From assembly GCA_963727775.1 (NCBI GenBank), contig CAVSHB010000003.1, forward strand, positions 224,001 to 288,000: a DNA stretch of 64,000 nt, written 5' to 3'. The DNA comes from an uncultured Nitrospiraceae bacterium. Lineage in GTDB: Bacteria; Nitrospirota; Thermodesulfovibrionia; Thermodesulfovibrionales; SM23-35. This document shows positions 20,862-32,115 of the stretch, in pieces. Position 1 is the first letter of the stretch. Each line of letters starts with the position of its first letter. The notes under the pieces are model-generated. The model was given only the letters and a program-made list of their open reading frames with translations, made no database searches and was not told the origin of the DNA. The translations under genes and the position numbers were made by a program.

Positions 20862-23291
20862 CTACACTCTGCCCTGACTCCACTTCCAGTTCCGGATTTC
20901 CGGCATGTCTTGGCCGTGCTTGTTGATATATTGCTTGTGCTCGATGAGCTTGTCCTGTACCAGCTGTTTTAGGTAGGCCCCCTTAGCGCCCAACTGTGGT
21001 AGCCGGTCAACCACGTCTTGAACCAGGTGGAACCGGTCCAGGTCGTTCTGCACCCTTACATCAAAGGCAGTCGTGATCGTGCCCTCTTCCTTGTAGCCTC
21101 GGACATGCAGGTTGCGGTTGGTCCGGCGGTAGGTCAGGCGGTGGATCAGCCAAGGGTATCCATGGAAGCCAAAGATGATGTGCTTGTCTTTCGTGAAGAG
21201 CGAGTCGTAATCAGTGTCGGGTAGCCCGTGCGGGTGCTCTGTGTTGGGCTGGAGCTTCATGAGATCGACGACATTGATCATTCGGATTTTCAGGTCGGGC
21301 AGATGCTCACGCAGAATAGAAACAGCGGCCAAGATCTCCAGCGTGGGCGTATCTCCGCAACAGGCCATTACCACATCCGGCTCGGTGCCCTGGTCGTTGC
21401 TGGCCCATTGCCAGATGCCAAGTCCTTCCGTGCAATGTACGACTGCGGCATCCATGGTCAGCCATTGGGGCAGCGCGTGCTTTCCCGCGACTACCACGTT
21501 TACATAGTGTTGGCTGCGCAGGCAGTGATCAAAGACGGACAACAGGCAGTTGGCATCGGGCGGAAGGTAAACGCGCACGATATCGGCTTTCTTGTTGATG
21601 ACGTGGTCTAGGAAACCGGGATCCTGGTGGGTGAACCCGTTGTGATCCTGCTGCCAGACGTGGGAGGCAAGTAGATAGTTCAAAGAGGCGATCTTCCGCC
21701 GCCACGGCAATTCAGCGGTGACTTTCAGCCATTTGGCGTGCTGGTTGAACATCGAATCAATGATGTGAATAAACGCTTCGTAGCAGTTAAACAATCCGTG
21801 CCTTCCGGTCAGCAGATATCCTTCCAACCAACCTTCGGACTGGTGCTCGCTGAGCATCGAGTCCAGCACGCGTCCAGCGGGCGCAAGGAATTCATCATTT
21901 TCTACTGTTCGAGCGTTCCACTGACGATTGGTTGTTTCAAAGACCGCGCCCAGGAGATTCGAGAGTGTCTCATCGGGACCGAAGATCCGAAAATTGCGCT
22001 GATCTTGATTTAGCTTGGACACGTCACGCAGGAAATTACCCAACACAAGGGTATCTTGGCCGTCAACGGCGCCGGGCGAAGGCACCTTCACCGCATGGAT
22101 ACGGAAGTCGGGCATGCGCAGGTCGCGCAGTAGAATTCCGCCATTGGTGTGCGGATTGGCACCCATGCGCCGATCGCCCTTCGGCGCCAGCTCTGCCAAT
22201 TCCGACATAAATCGGCCATCCTCATCGAACAGTTCTTCTGCCTTGTAGCTCTTCATCCAGCTTTCAAGCTGCTTGAGATGATCGGGATGCTCGGAATCCA
22301 CCAGAAGCGGCACCTGGTGCGCCCGGAACGTGCCCTCAACTTGCAGACCATCGACGACTTTCGGTCCCGTCCAGCCCTTGGGTGACCTCAAGACGATCAT
22401 TGGCCAGCGCGGCCGGGTGGCATCTTTCTTGTTCCGCGCATTGCTTTGGATTTGCCGGATCTCCTCAATAGCCTTTTCCAAAATGGCGGCCATGAGTTGA
22501 TGCATCTTCTCCGGGTCATCGCCTTCCACAAAGTAGGGTGTCCAGCCGCAGCCTCGCAGAAATTGCTCCAATTCCTCATGCTCGATGCGGGCCAGTACGG
22601 TCGGGTTGCTGATCTTGAATCCATTAAGGTGCAGAATCGGCAGCACAACTCCGTCGGTAATTGGATTGAGAAACTTATTGGAGTGCCATGCAGTCGCCAG
22701 GGGGCCTGTTTCCGCTTCGCCATCGCCGACGACGCAGGCGACGATCAGATCGGGATTGTCGAAGGCGGCCCCGAAGGCATGGCTGAGCGAGTACCCCAGT
22801 TCGCCACCTTCGTGAATCGAGCCAGGCGTGGTCGGCGCAACATGACTGGAAATCCCACCCGGGAACGAGAACTGCGTGAACAGCTTCTTGAGTCCGGCCT
22901 CATCCTGGCTGATGTTCGGATAGACCTCACTGTAGGTGCCCTCGAGGTAAATGTGAGCCACCAGCGCCGGGCCGCCGTGACCGGGACCAGCGATGTAGAA
23001 CATATCCAGGTCATACTTTTTAATGACCCGGTTCAAATGCACGTAGATGAAGTTCTGCCCCGGTGTTGTTCCCCAGTGTCCGACCACCAGCGGCTTCACA
23101 TGAGATAGTTTCAGCGGCTGCTTCAATAGCGGATTGTCGTAGAGATAAATCTGGCCGACCGACAGGTAGTTAGCGGCGCGCCAATACGCGTTCATCTTTC
23201 GCAGCAGGTCGGGCGGTAACGGCTTGTCCGTATTGTTCTTTTTCTCCGTATCCACGGCGACGTTTTTCTTGCCCTCTTTTTTCACCTTCAT
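20862..23291 (-). CDS. xfp: Phosphoketolase (Xfp/XpkA family)
   Basis: [44 protein letters not shown]. Confidence 0.96.
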   Translation of the reverse strand: MKVKKEGKKNVAVDTEKKNNTDKPLPPDLLRKMNAYWRAANYLSVGQIYLYDNPLLKQPLKLSHVKPLVVGHWGTTPGQNFIYVHLNRVIKKYDLDMFYIAGPGHGGPALVAHIYLEGTYSEVYPNISQDEAGLKKLFTQFSFPGGISSHVAPTTPGSIHEGGELGYSLSHAFGAAFDNPDLIVACVVGDGEAETGPLATAWHSNKFLNPITDGVVLPILHLNGFKISNPTVLARIEHEELEQFLRGCGWTPYFVEGDDPEKMHQLMAAILEKAIEEIRQIQSNARNKKDATRPRWPMIVLRSPKGWTGPKVVDGLQVEGTFRAHQVPLLVDSEHPDHLKQLESWMKSYKAEELFDEDGRFMSELAELAPKGDRRMGANPHTNGGILLRDLRMPDFRIHAVKVPSPGAVDGQDTLVLGNFLRDVSKLNQDQRNFRIFGPDETLSNLLGAVFETTNRQWNARTVENDEFLAPAGRVLDSMLSEHQSEGWLEGYLLTGRHGLFNCYEAFIHIIDSMFNQHAKWLKVTAELPWRRKIASLNYLLASHVWQQDHNGFTHQDPGFLDHVINKKADIVRVYLPPDANCLLSVFDHCLRSQHYVNVVVAGKHALPQWLTMDAAVVHCTEGLGIWQWASNDQGTEPDVVMACCGDTPTLEILAAVSILREHLPDLKIRMINVVDLMKLQPNTEHPHGLPDTDYDSLFTKDKHIIFGFHGYPWLIHRLTYRRTNRNLHVRGYKEEGTITTAFDVRVQNDLDRFHLVQDVVDRLPQLGAKGAYLKQLVQDKLIEHKQYINKHGQDMPEIRNWKWSQGRV

Positions 23292-23304
23292 AACAATGCT
23301 CCTT

Positions 23305-24537
23305 TCAGACACCTTTATTATTTTCGCGATTATGTTCCTTTTTAATTGTAAGACCCAAGACGCAGCAGACCGTGTTGGCGATCATCCATTCCTCGTCTGT
23401 GCGAATGATGCGAACCGCGGCCCGGCTGGCCTCCGTCGAAATAACGCCCTCATTCGCGGCGTTTCGCTTTTCTTCGATTTCGATTCCAAGGAATCCCAGC
23501 CCATCGCAAATCCTGGCGCGGACCGTGGGCGCATTCTCTCCGATGCCACCAGCGAACACAAGTGTTTCCATTCCGCCCAACGCCGCCGCGAAGCCGCCGA
23601 TCCATTTCTTGACCTGGTAGCAAAACAGCGCGATCGCTTCAGCCGCCCGCACGTCATGCGTTTCACGGTCGAGCAAGTCACGCATGTCGGAACTGGTCTC
23701 CGACACGCCGAGCAGCCCGGACTGGAAATTGACCATCTCATTGAATCGTTTTGCATCAAGGCCCTCGGTGCGCGCCAGATACCAAAGCAGTCCGGGATCG
23801 AGATCGCCTGAGCGGGTGCTCATCGGCACCCCGGCCGTTGGGGTGAAACTCATGCTTGTGTCCACGGATTTGCCGTCACGCACCGCCGCCAAGCTCGCGC
23901 CATTGCCGAGATGGGCGAGGATGACCCGGCCTTGTGCCGCTTCCGTTCCGGCCAGGCGAGCCAGTTCTTCCATCAGATACGAGTATGACAAGCCGTGAAA
24001 GCCATACCGCCGTACCCCCTGCGCTTCGTAGCGGCGCGGTATCGGCAACAGCTGGGCTACACGCGGCAGGTCATGGTGAAACGCCGTGTCGAAACACGCC
24101 ACTTGCGGCAGGTCAGGAAATCGGCGATGAAACGCCTCGGTCAAAAGGATCTCCTCTGGCAGATGCTCGGGATCAAATGGACTGAGCCGGTGCAGTTCCT
24201 CAATCATTTCCGCAGTGATTCGCTGCGGCTTGCTATACCTCGGTCCGCCATGCACTACGCGATGCCCCACCGCGGTCAATGCATCATGACTGCTGCGTTC
24301 CTCGATCCAATCCATTAGAGTGCCTACCGCCACCGTGTGATCCGGCGCCGTCACTAACCGCGAAAAGTTGTCCGCCTGGTCTAAGCCCTTCACTATCAAG
24401 GTGGCCTCCGGCAGTCCAATCCGCTCAATCCCACCCTCCAGAATCCGTCGGAGCGAGTCACCGGCCTCGAACAGCGCGAACTTGATGCTCGACGAGCCGC
24501 CATTGATCGTCAGGATGCGTGGGTTAGCTGATTTCAT
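23305..24537 (-). CDS. ackA: Acetate/propionate kinase
   Basis: [51 protein letters not shown]. Confidence 0.95.
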   Translation of the reverse strand: MKSANPRILTINGGSSSIKFALFEAGDSLRRILEGGIERIGLPEATLIVKGLDQADNFSRLVTAPDHTVAVGTLMDWIEERSSHDALTAVGHRVVHGGPRYSKPQRITAEMIEELHRLSPFDPEHLPEEILLTEAFHRRFPDLPQVACFDTAFHHDLPRVAQLLPIPRRYEAQGVRRYGFHGLSYSYLMEELARLAGTEAAQGRVILAHLGNGASLAAVRDGKSVDTSMSFTPTAGVPMSTRSGDLDPGLLWYLARTEGLDAKRFNEMVNFQSGLLGVSETSSDMRDLLDRETHDVRAAEAIALFCYQVKKWIGGFAAALGGMETLVFAGGIGENAPTVRARICDGLGFLGIEIEEKRNAANEGVISTEASRAAVRIIRTDEEWMIANTVCCVLGLTIKKEHNRENNKGV

Positions 24538-24884
24538 GGATGACTCCTTCGTCATTGTGCAATCCGAACGAAGCCAGTTTCGCGCACGTAGACTTGTAAT
24601 CCGCGTGAAGAATGCTTCGAATGCCCAAACCTTCCGCGATCTGGACAAACATCGGGGTGTTGTCGATATAGACTACCTGCCGGGTTGGCACCTGGGCAAT
24701 GTCTATCGCAAACCGGAAGATGTCCGATGACCGGGATAATGAAAAACAGTCTCGGCCCCTTCAGGGAACAGACCTTGCCTAACCACAATATCACCACCCT
24801 GTCCAACTGATCCGCAACCTTAATTGCGAGAGAGACAACGATGGCGATAACAAAGGCACTAACTCTAATCCACACGTTCTCCAT
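24524..24884 (-). pseudogene. Deletion chimera: SPFH/slipin 5' fragment plus HAD phosphatase 3' fragment
   Basis: 24884-24725 reads AIKVADQLDRVVILWLGK...GPRLFFIIPVI (SPFH-like); 24724-24524 in another frame reads DIFRFAIDIAQ...VVYIDNTPMFVQIAEGLGIRSI (HAD-like). Confidence 0.7.
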
Positions 24885-24998
24885 GTTGGCTGTAACTCCA
24901 TTCGAGTACCTCCCTAATTTAGGCACCTGAATTTGATGCCCAAGACTTGTTTTTTCTAATCTTGCTTGTCAATTCGACATCCTCCATTCGAAATTCAA

Positions 24999-27545
24999 TT
25001 ACCGCTGCCACAGGATCCGTGCAGCTTCCAGGGGAACCGCGATACCGTCGCAGCGCGGTATTGCTCGCACCGTATAGTCTGTCGCCGAGCGGGCTGCAGA
25101 CACAGCCACGCTATAAACATAGTCGCGCGACGCGCCCGACGGTTGTTGGGCGAGCTTCAGCTCCTGCCGCACCGAACCGCCACCGTTAACGCCATCGGCA
25201 TAAAGCTCTACACGCACCGCCTTGGGGTCGAGGTCATTGAGATAGATCTGAACCTCAAATACATGCTGCTTCCCGTTAGTCTTGATTTTCACTTCGCCGA
25301 AGTGGAGTGCGTCCCATTTTTGCTCCACCATATGCCGCCACTCAACCACCTCTCTCCCCACGGCCCCTTTACTTGCAGCCCGTTTGCAATAGGCTATAGC
25401 AGCCGGGAGGTAGTGTTGCTCAGTGTATTCGCGCACCGCGCGGTTGGCGGAGAAGCGCGGTGTCAATCGTGCCATGCTTTCACGCATTCGCGCCACCCAG
25501 ACGGTGGGGATGCCCTTCTTGTCGCGAGTATAGAACTCGGGGATTACCTTGCGTTCGAGCAGGTCATAGAGTGCCTCTGCTTCGATAGCATCCCAGGCCG
25601 GATCGTCGCCATGTTCTTGGCCGTCTCCCATTGCCCATCCTACTTCAGTCGTGTAGGCTTCCGCCCACCAGCCATCCAACTCCGACAGATTGATGCCGCC
25701 GTTGACAAGAACCTTCATCCCGCTGGTACCGCAGGCCTCCCAGGGCCGTCGCGGTGTGTTGATCCAGACATCTACCCCCTGCACCAGATGCTCCGTCAAA
25801 AGCATGTCGTAATCACTGAGGAAAATCACATGGGGGCGCGCCTCGGGCCGCCGGATAAAATGGGTCCATTCCTGAATCAGGGCCTGCCCCGCCTGGTCCG
25901 CCGGATGGGCCTTGCCGGCAAGGATAAGTTGCACCGGGTGCTCTGGATTGGTTAACAAGTGAAGCAGTCGATCCGGATCGTGCAATAAGAGATTTGGTCT
26001 CTTGTAGGTTGCGAAGCGGCGCGCAAAACCCAGCGTCAACGCATTGGGATCAAGCAGGTGCTTCGCACCGTTAACCGCCTCGGGTGAAGCACCGGAGGCG
26101 GCCAGTTGCCCGGACAAGCGTTCGCGGGCGTATTCAACGAGAGACTTGCAGGTGGCAATGCGAAATTCCCAGAGCCTGGCATCAGCGATGCGGCAAATAT
26201 CCTGCTCCAGGGTTTCTGTTGTCCCCAGCCAGCGATCTTTACCACAGGCTTCCGTCCACAAATCGTCAGATTCTGCAGAGTCCCAGCTCGGCATGTGAAC
26301 TCCGTTGGTCACATGTCCGACTGGCACTTCGTCTTGCGGCCAGTGCGGAAAAAGAGGCTCAAAGAGTTGCCGGCTCACCTTCCCATGCAAACGACTCACG
26401 CCATTCACCGCCCCGCTTCCGCGGATCGCCAGATTGGCCATGTTGAAACTTTCCGACGAGTCATTCGGGTTCTGGTGGCCCAGAGCCAGCAAATCGTGGA
26501 GCGTGATATCGAGTTTCTGCTCTGCGTAAGCACCGAGGTATTGTTCGATGAGGGCGGGAGCAAAGCGGTCAAAGCCGGCGGCCACCGCTGTGTGCGTGGT
26601 GAAGAGGTTACCCGCTCGTGTCACGGCCAGCGCGACTTCGAAGGGCTGCCCTGTATCATTCATGAAACTCCGTGCTCGTTCCAAAATGGCGAAGGCGGCA
26701 TGTCCTTCATTCAGGTGACAGACTTCCGGCTGCATACCGAGTGCGCAGAGCAAGCGCCACCCGCCAATCCCAAGCATCATCTCTTGTTTCAGCCGCAACT
26801 CCGGTCCGCCTCCGTATAGCTCGCTAGTAATGCCTCGGTGAGCGGGTAGGTTCGCAGGGTCATTGCTGTCGAGCAGGTAAAGCTGGACTCTGCCAACCTG
26901 GACCTGCCAGGCACGCAGCCAGACCGGGTAACCGGGCAAATCGAGCTTCAGCCGCAACCACTCCCCGTTCGCTTCGCGCAACGGCGTGATGGGCAATTGC
27001 CCGGGATCGTTGTACGGAAAAAGGGCCTGTTGCGCTCCATCTTTGTCGATTACCTGGCGGAAATAGCCTTGTTGGTAAAGCAGTCCTACACCGACCACTG
27101 GCACACCCAGATCACTGGCTGCTTTGAGCTGATCGCCGGCCACATTGCCCAGCCCCCCTGAGTAGATGGGCAGAGCCTCGCTCAGCATGAATTCCATGCT
27201 GAAATACGCGACACGGGTAAGAGGTGACTTGGGATGATTTTGCTGAAACCACGCAGGGGCTTTCGCCTCCTGACGCCTAGCTCGCACAAGTGCATCGACC
27301 TTCTTGCGGAAGGCTGGATCTGCTGACACGCGCTGGAGTTTCTCCCTTGAGACAGTCTGTAAGACGACCCAGGGGTTTTGAGTTAACTCCCAAAGCTCGG
27401 GATCAAGCCGCCGCCACACTTCGTCGGTAGCATGGTTCCATGACCAGCGCATATCCAGGGCAAGCTCCGCGAGGGAATCGAATCCTTCGATGTCCATAGG
27501 TAAAATACTGTAGATCGGCTTGCTGATAAGTGTTTCTTTGCTCAT
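24999..27545 (-). CDS. glgP: Alpha-glucan (glycogen) phosphorylase
   Basis: [38 protein letters not shown] (PLP Lys). Confidence 0.96.
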   Translation of the reverse strand: MSKETLISKPIYSILPMDIEGFDSLAELALDMRWSWNHATDEVWRRLDPELWELTQNPWVVLQTVSREKLQRVSADPAFRKKVDALVRARRQEAKAPAWFQQNHPKSPLTRVAYFSMEFMLSEALPIYSGGLGNVAGDQLKAASDLGVPVVGVGLLYQQGYFRQVIDKDGAQQALFPYNDPGQLPITPLREANGEWLRLKLDLPGYPVWLRAWQVQVGRVQLYLLDSNDPANLPAHRGITSELYGGGPELRLKQEMMLGIGGWRLLCALGMQPEVCHLNEGHAAFAILERARSFMNDTGQPFEVALAVTRAGNLFTTHTAVAAGFDRFAPALIEQYLGAYAEQKLDITLHDLLALGHQNPNDSSESFNMANLAIRGSGAVNGVSRLHGKVSRQLFEPLFPHWPQDEVPVGHVTNGVHMPSWDSAESDDLWTEACGKDRWLGTTETLEQDICRIADARLWEFRIATCKSLVEYARERLSGQLAASGASPEAVNGAKHLLDPNALTLGFARRFATYKRPNLLLHDPDRLLHLLTNPEHPVQLILAGKAHPADQAGQALIQEWTHFIRRPEARPHVIFLSDYDMLLTEHLVQGVDVWINTPRRPWEACGTSGMKVLVNGGINLSELDGWWAEAYTTEVGWAMGDGQEHGDDPAWDAIEAEALYDLLERKVIPEFYTRDKKGIPTVWVARMRESMARLTPRFSANRAVREYTEQHYLPAAIAYCKRAASKGAVGREVVEWRHMVEQKWDALHFGEVKIKTNGKQHVFEVQIYLNDLDPKAVRVELYADGVNGGGSVRQELKLAQQPSGASRDYVYSVAVSAARSATDYTVRAIPRCDGIAVPLEAARILWQR

Positions 27546-29242
27546 AGGTTCTCCTTCACATTTTTATTGCTTGCAAGCCCTGACCGCTGTGGCGCCGCAG
27601 CCAAAGCATCGTTGACTATTGTTTGCGCTTCCTCTAGGATGCGGCGCAGATGATCTGATCCACGGAAGCTCTCCGCATAGATCTTGTAGATGTCTTCCGT
27701 CCCTGACGGACGCGCTGCGAACCAGCCGCTCTCCGCTATTACTTTCAACCCGCCGATGGGAGCGCCGTTGCCCGGCGCGTGAGTGAGGACAGCCTGGATT
27801 CTTTCGCCCGCCAGCTCGGTGAACTTAACCTGCTGGGGTGAGAGTTTCGCCAATAGTTCCTTTTGATCCGGAGTGGCCGGCGCCTCAACGCGGTCGTAGG
27901 CAGACTCACCGAGATCGCGGGTGAGTTCGTGGTAGATTTCTCCGGGATCTCGGTCCATCCGGGCCGTAATCTCCGCCGCGAGCAAAGCTGGGACGATCCC
28001 GTCTTTGTCCGTCGTCCAAACGCTGCCATCCAGACGAACAAACGATGCGCCTGCACTCTCTTCCCCGCCGAAGCCAAGCGAGCCGTCGAGCAGGCCATCC
28101 ACAAACCATTTGAAGCCGACCGGCACTTCGTAGAGCTTCCGCCCCAACTTCGCGGTGACGCGGTCAATCATCTGGCTGCTTACCACTGTCTTGCCAACAG
28201 CCGTTTCCATGCGCCATTTCGGTCGGTGTTGGAAGAGATAGAAGATGGCGACCGCAAGGTAGTGGTTGGGTGGCAGCAGTCCTGCGCTCCGGGTAACAAT
28301 CCCGTGGCGGTCGTGGTCGGTATCGCAGGCGAATGCGATCTTGAAGCGATCCTTCAGGCCGATTAACCTCTGCATCGCATAGGGTGAGGATGGGTCCATG
28401 CGGATCTGGCCGTCCCAATCCACAGTCATAAAACGAAAGGTCGGGTCGACGGCCTCGTTCACAACCGTGAGGTTCAACCCGTAGCACTCGGCAATCGGTG
28501 CCCAGTAATGAACTCCGGCTCCACCGAGCGGATCCACCCCCAGGCTGATCTTCGCGCCGCGAATAGCGTCCATGTCGATTATATTGCCGAGGTCGCTAAT
28601 ATAGGCATTAAGGTAGTCATGCCGGTGCGTCGTGGAGGCGCTAAAAGCCTTCTCGATAGGAATCTTTTTCACACCCAGAAGGCCGTTCTCGAGAAACTCG
28701 TTTGCCTTCGCTTCGATCCAATCGGTGACGGCGTGTTCCGCCGGTCCGCCGTTGGGCGGGTTGTACTTGAAACCACCGTCATTTGGAGGATTGTGTGAGG
28801 GCGTGATTACGATGCCGTCGGCGAGTCCTTTTTTGCGTCCGCGATTGTAAGTGAGAATCGCGTGGGAGATAACAGGCGTTGGTGTATATTCATCTTTCTC
28901 CGCGATCATGATATCCACCCCGTTGGCCGCCAGCACCTCCAGCGCACTAGCACGAGCTGGCACCGAAAGCGCGTGCGTGTCCATACCGAGAAACAGTGGG
29001 CCATCGATCTTATGCTGCTCCCGGTACAGGCAAATGGCCTGACTGATGGCGAGAATATGCCATTCGTTGAAAGCTTTCTGGAAGGCCGAGCCGCGATGCC
29101 CTGAGGTGCCGAAGGAAACCCGTTGCTCCGGCATCAAAGGGTCAGGCACCTCGGTATAATAGGCAGTGATCAGTTTAGGTACGTTAACCAGCATCGATGG
29201 TTCGGCCGGCTTTCCTGCAAAAGGACTCACTTTCATTGCCAT
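27542..29242 (-). CDS. pgm: Phosphoglucomutase (alpha-D-glucose-1,6-bisphosphate dependent)
   Basis: [37 protein letters not shown]. Confidence 0.96.
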   Translation of the reverse strand: MAMKVSPFAGKPAEPSMLVNVPKLITAYYTEVPDPLMPEQRVSFGTSGHRGSAFQKAFNEWHILAISQAICLYREQHKIDGPLFLGMDTHALSVPARASALEVLAANGVDIMIAEKDEYTPTPVISHAILTYNRGRKKGLADGIVITPSHNPPNDGGFKYNPPNGGPAEHAVTDWIEAKANEFLENGLLGVKKIPIEKAFSASTTHRHDYLNAYISDLGNIIDMDAIRGAKISLGVDPLGGAGVHYWAPIAECYGLNLTVVNEAVDPTFRFMTVDWDGQIRMDPSSPYAMQRLIGLKDRFKIAFACDTDHDRHGIVTRSAGLLPPNHYLAVAIFYLFQHRPKWRMETAVGKTVVSSQMIDRVTAKLGRKLYEVPVGFKWFVDGLLDGSLGFGGEESAGASFVRLDGSVWTTDKDGIVPALLAAEITARMDRDPGEIYHELTRDLGESAYDRVEAPATPDQKELLAKLSPQQVKFTELAGERIQAVLTHAPGNGAPIGGLKVIAESGWFAARPSGTEDIYKIYAESFRGSDHLRRILEEAQTIVNDALAAAPQRSGLASNKNVKENL

Positions 29243-29347
29243 ATCTCCTCGATGCAATTTAAGCATCGCTCACCAGGATCGAAAGGCAGCAAGAGAAACC
29301 GTATGCTCAATCCACCTTTATATCAGGAGTATCGCAGATAAATGCTC

Positions 29348-29815
29348 TCAATATTCACCTTTCCCCGGTTCTTCTTTAATGAGTAGAATTGAACAGGGTG
29401 TCTTTCGAATGATCTCTTCCTTAATGCGACCGAAGAGGAAATGCTCCAGGCGCCATTCTGAATGGGCAAGCATAATAATCAGGTCGATCTTCTCTTCCTT
29501 TACAACTTTCAGAATCTCCTTTATCGGCTCTCCCTCTCTGAGCATTTCTTTTATCGACATACCTTTCTTCTTCTCCTGATTTATCACCGCATCCAGTTCC
29601 TCTTTTGCTTCTTTAATAATCCTTTTGTATTCTTCTTCCAGGGATGGTATGGGCAAATTCCATCCCGCGAGATCGAAACCGAAGGGGTGATAAACTACAT
29701 GAAGAACATAAAGCTCCGTACCATATTTTTTAGATAGTGAAACTCCGTATTGAATTGCCTTTCTGCTGGATTTCGTCATACTGCTCACCACAAGTATTCG
29801 TTTTACATCTTCCAT
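29348..29815 (-). CDS. Universal stress protein
   Basis: KRILVV...ELYVLHVV...IDLIIMLAH...TPCSILLI; GAGGAGG RBS. Confidence 0.88.
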   Translation of the reverse strand: MEDVKRILVVSSMTKSSRKAIQYGVSLSKKYGTELYVLHVVYHPFGFDLAGWNLPIPSLEEEYKRIIKEAKEELDAVINQEKKKGMSIKEMLREGEPIKEILKVVKEEKIDLIIMLAHSEWRLEHFLFGRIKEEIIRKTPCSILLIKEEPGKGEY

Positions 29816-29877
29816 ACTTTACCTCCTCATTAATAAGAGATTTATTAAAAACTAATCGGACCAATGCTTCTCTTCAT

Positions 29878-31511
29878 CCTAAAAAAAGCAGTTAGAGATC
29901 ATGCCACACCAGTTTGAGGGAGCAATTTCCCTGAATTTATGTTCAAAGGGCCGATGATTTTTCTAAAAGCATGCATTGCTACAATCCTCATCCGCTCAGC
30001 GATATTCAACTGCTCCGCAGTGGTCCTAATATCCCCGAGGAACAGTGATAGTCGTAACAATGCTCCCCGCACCTTTTCAGCCTTTGCATGAGGACTGGTA
30101 ATAGTCAGAAAAGTCTGTCCCCCATGTTTTGTCTGTTTCGCAACTGCGTGTAACAGCAACGGTCTGCTCGTTATTGCCTCATGATGTTTATTTGGATTGG
30201 CCAGGCGCACAAACAGCGACCACCAGTTATATACAAGAGCTACCATGCGACTAATCATGCGGCATCGCTTCAAATCCTTTGTCGTATATCCGCCCCAGCC
30301 CCACTGATTCTTTAACTCGTCAAAGATATTTTCACTGTCTGCACGATCCCGGTAATGCTGTGCAATACTTGATACCTCATCAGAAAGAGAAGTCACCAGC
30401 ACCGTGTACTCATACTTAGCCACTCCCCCTTGTGTCTCGATGAAACTCATCTCCATTTGATCTTTCCCTTTTTTCTGCAAAAGAATATCCCCAGGTATAG
30501 GTCGGCGCAGCACGATCACCCGGCGACTACGGCTCCACCCAAATAACTTCAGCTCTGACTCCATTCCATAGTATCCGGCACCGGCTTTTACCCATTCTTC
30601 CATCTCAAACATTCTCTCGATCAATCTTTTTACATTCTTCGTAATCCTCAGCTTTGTGACATAATGTATACTACGTTTTTCTGCCTCTGATAACACTCCC
30701 TCTACTCCAAACGCTATATCTCCACGGATGAAGGCCGGCCGATTATCCCGGGGAATACTCTCTACCAATTCCCATAATCCAGCCGTGCTGTGACTCGATG
30801 CGGTCTCATTGCCCGCCTTCACTTCTACCTTTAACGCTAATCGTGTGTTTGCCATAAAATAACTGTGGTAACTGTGTGAGGGCCGCCCAGGTTTCTTAGG
30901 ATTATATCCCACAACTGCCCCCTCTTGTTTGCCATACAGACACTTTACCGTCGTGTCCGTATCAAGTATCCAGGAGGGGCCTGATACTGCCGATAATACA
31001 GGCATCGTGCAGCGTGCAAGCTCTGATTCAAGCCATTGTATCCCAGTCCCTTCTTCTATCTGCAATAAGGCCCGACGCGCCGCATCTTCACTGATTATCT
31101 TATCCATCCCCAATAACTCGGGATTCACTCCATCACTTCGTATCGCTGCGATATGTGCATATCGCTTATGTCCCGCAAGTATCGAAAGCATGAGAGTGCC
31201 TAACACGTTTCTCTTCTTCGGCGCATTCGGGCTGCTATAGGAGAGGGGACACTCTTTTACAAAGGAATCAAACAACCCGCTGACTTTCAGAAATTCTATG
31301 AAAAATGGCAACTGCCCCAATGGGGTAACAGCTGCATCAGGGTCCCATTCTACGTGTATCTTCCCCGCATATGTATCAATTCCTACTGAGTTGCTCCTTG
31401 CTATCGCACGCCGTTTTGCCTCACCCATTAGGTGAACCCTCCTGCCACTCTTTTTCCGTTTATTATTGCATGCTTCGCCCCTTATGTGTATCCCGTACCG
31501 CTTTTTTTAGG
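29878..31511 (-). mobile_element. IS1380-family insertion sequence
   Basis: Terminal inverted repeat CCTAAAAAAAGC(A/G)GT; 5-bp target duplication TTCAT at 29873-29877 and 31512-31516. Confidence 0.88.
29899..31428 (-). CDS. IS1380-family DDE transposase
   Basis: ILDTDTT, GYNPKKPGR, RGDIAF, YRDRADSENIFDELK. Confidence 0.88.
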   Translation of the reverse strand: MGEAKRRAIARSNSVGIDTYAGKIHVEWDPDAAVTPLGQLPFFIEFLKVSGLFDSFVKECPLSYSSPNAPKKRNVLGTLMLSILAGHKRYAHIAAIRSDGVNPELLGMDKIISEDAARRALLQIEEGTGIQWLESELARCTMPVLSAVSGPSWILDTDTTVKCLYGKQEGAVVGYNPKKPGRPSHSYHSYFMANTRLALKVEVKAGNETASSHSTAGLWELVESIPRDNRPAFIRGDIAFGVEGVLSEAEKRSIHYVTKLRITKNVKRLIERMFEMEEWVKAGAGYYGMESELKLFGWSRSRRVIVLRRPIPGDILLQKKGKDQMEMSFIETQGGVAKYEYTVLVTSLSDEVSSIAQHYRDRADSENIFDELKNQWGWGGYTTKDLKRCRMISRMVALVYNWWSLFVRLANPNKHHEAITSRPLLLHAVAKQTKHGGQTFLTITSPHAKAEKVRGALLRLSLFLGDIRTTAEQLNIAERMRIVAMHAFRKIIGPLNINSGKLLPQTGVA

Positions 31512-31744
31512 TTCATACATCCTCAAATTTCTCCTGGACAGTTACAAAAAAACAAAACAGTGAGGCGTCTTGTTATCGGATGATCGCGATGACGAGCAAA
31601 TTATGAATGAATCCGCGAATCGTGTGACCGCTCACCAGCCCCAAACACACTAAGCACCACGAGTATCAAAAGGTCGTCCAAAGCATTCTTGCCTCCTTCC
31701 CGGCAACAAGAGTGCCTGCCTTGTGTTATGTCATTGATTAGAAA

Positions 31745-31761
31745 AGCACAATATGTACCAA
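31745..31761 (-). promoter_or_regulatory. Possible sigma54 -24/-12 promoter for the usp-pgm operon
   Basis: Minus strand TTGGTACATATTGTGCT fits GG-N10-GC; now separated from usp by the IS1380. Confidence 0.35.
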
Positions 31762-31914
31762 GAGGCAACCCATTGAATTTAATGGAATCTTAGGACAGAA
31801 GAAACAAATCAAAGCAGGCAAGTTGTCTTATCGAAAGGGAGTTTTGACTAAAGCAGATTATAAGAATAATGCTCCTGTTTTTATTGATTTGCGAAATAAT
31901 AACACGCTTTCTAC

Positions 31915-32087
31915 GTTGCGGCTTGTACAACGAGTTTCTTCAAAAGCGTGGGCTTACTTCCTTCAGCACATTGTGGATGCAGGTCCACTATCCGTCTAAA
32001 GCCCTGATGATTTCTGCGAACCGCCCCGTGCGGACCCGCATGCGGGGGGGGTGGAAAGGGATGGCTAATTACCGTACCTTACCCGAT
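31915..32087 (+). mobile_element. Group II intron 3' remnant (RT C-terminus plus degenerate domains V/VI)
   Basis: GLYNEFLQKRGLTSFSTLWMQVHYP resembles intron RT C-termini; GAACCGCCCCGTGCGGACCCGCATGCGGGGG...CTTACCCGAT resembles DV-DVI with an AT terminus. Confidence 0.7.
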
Positions 32088-32115
32088 TAGATTTGGATTC
32101 TCATTATTCATTGCC

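Noticed and set aside
14671..29104. Many long + strand ORFs (e.g. 14671-15492, 22446-23108, 24966-25955)
   Set aside because: Antisense shadows of well-supported GC-rich metabolic genes; no motifs
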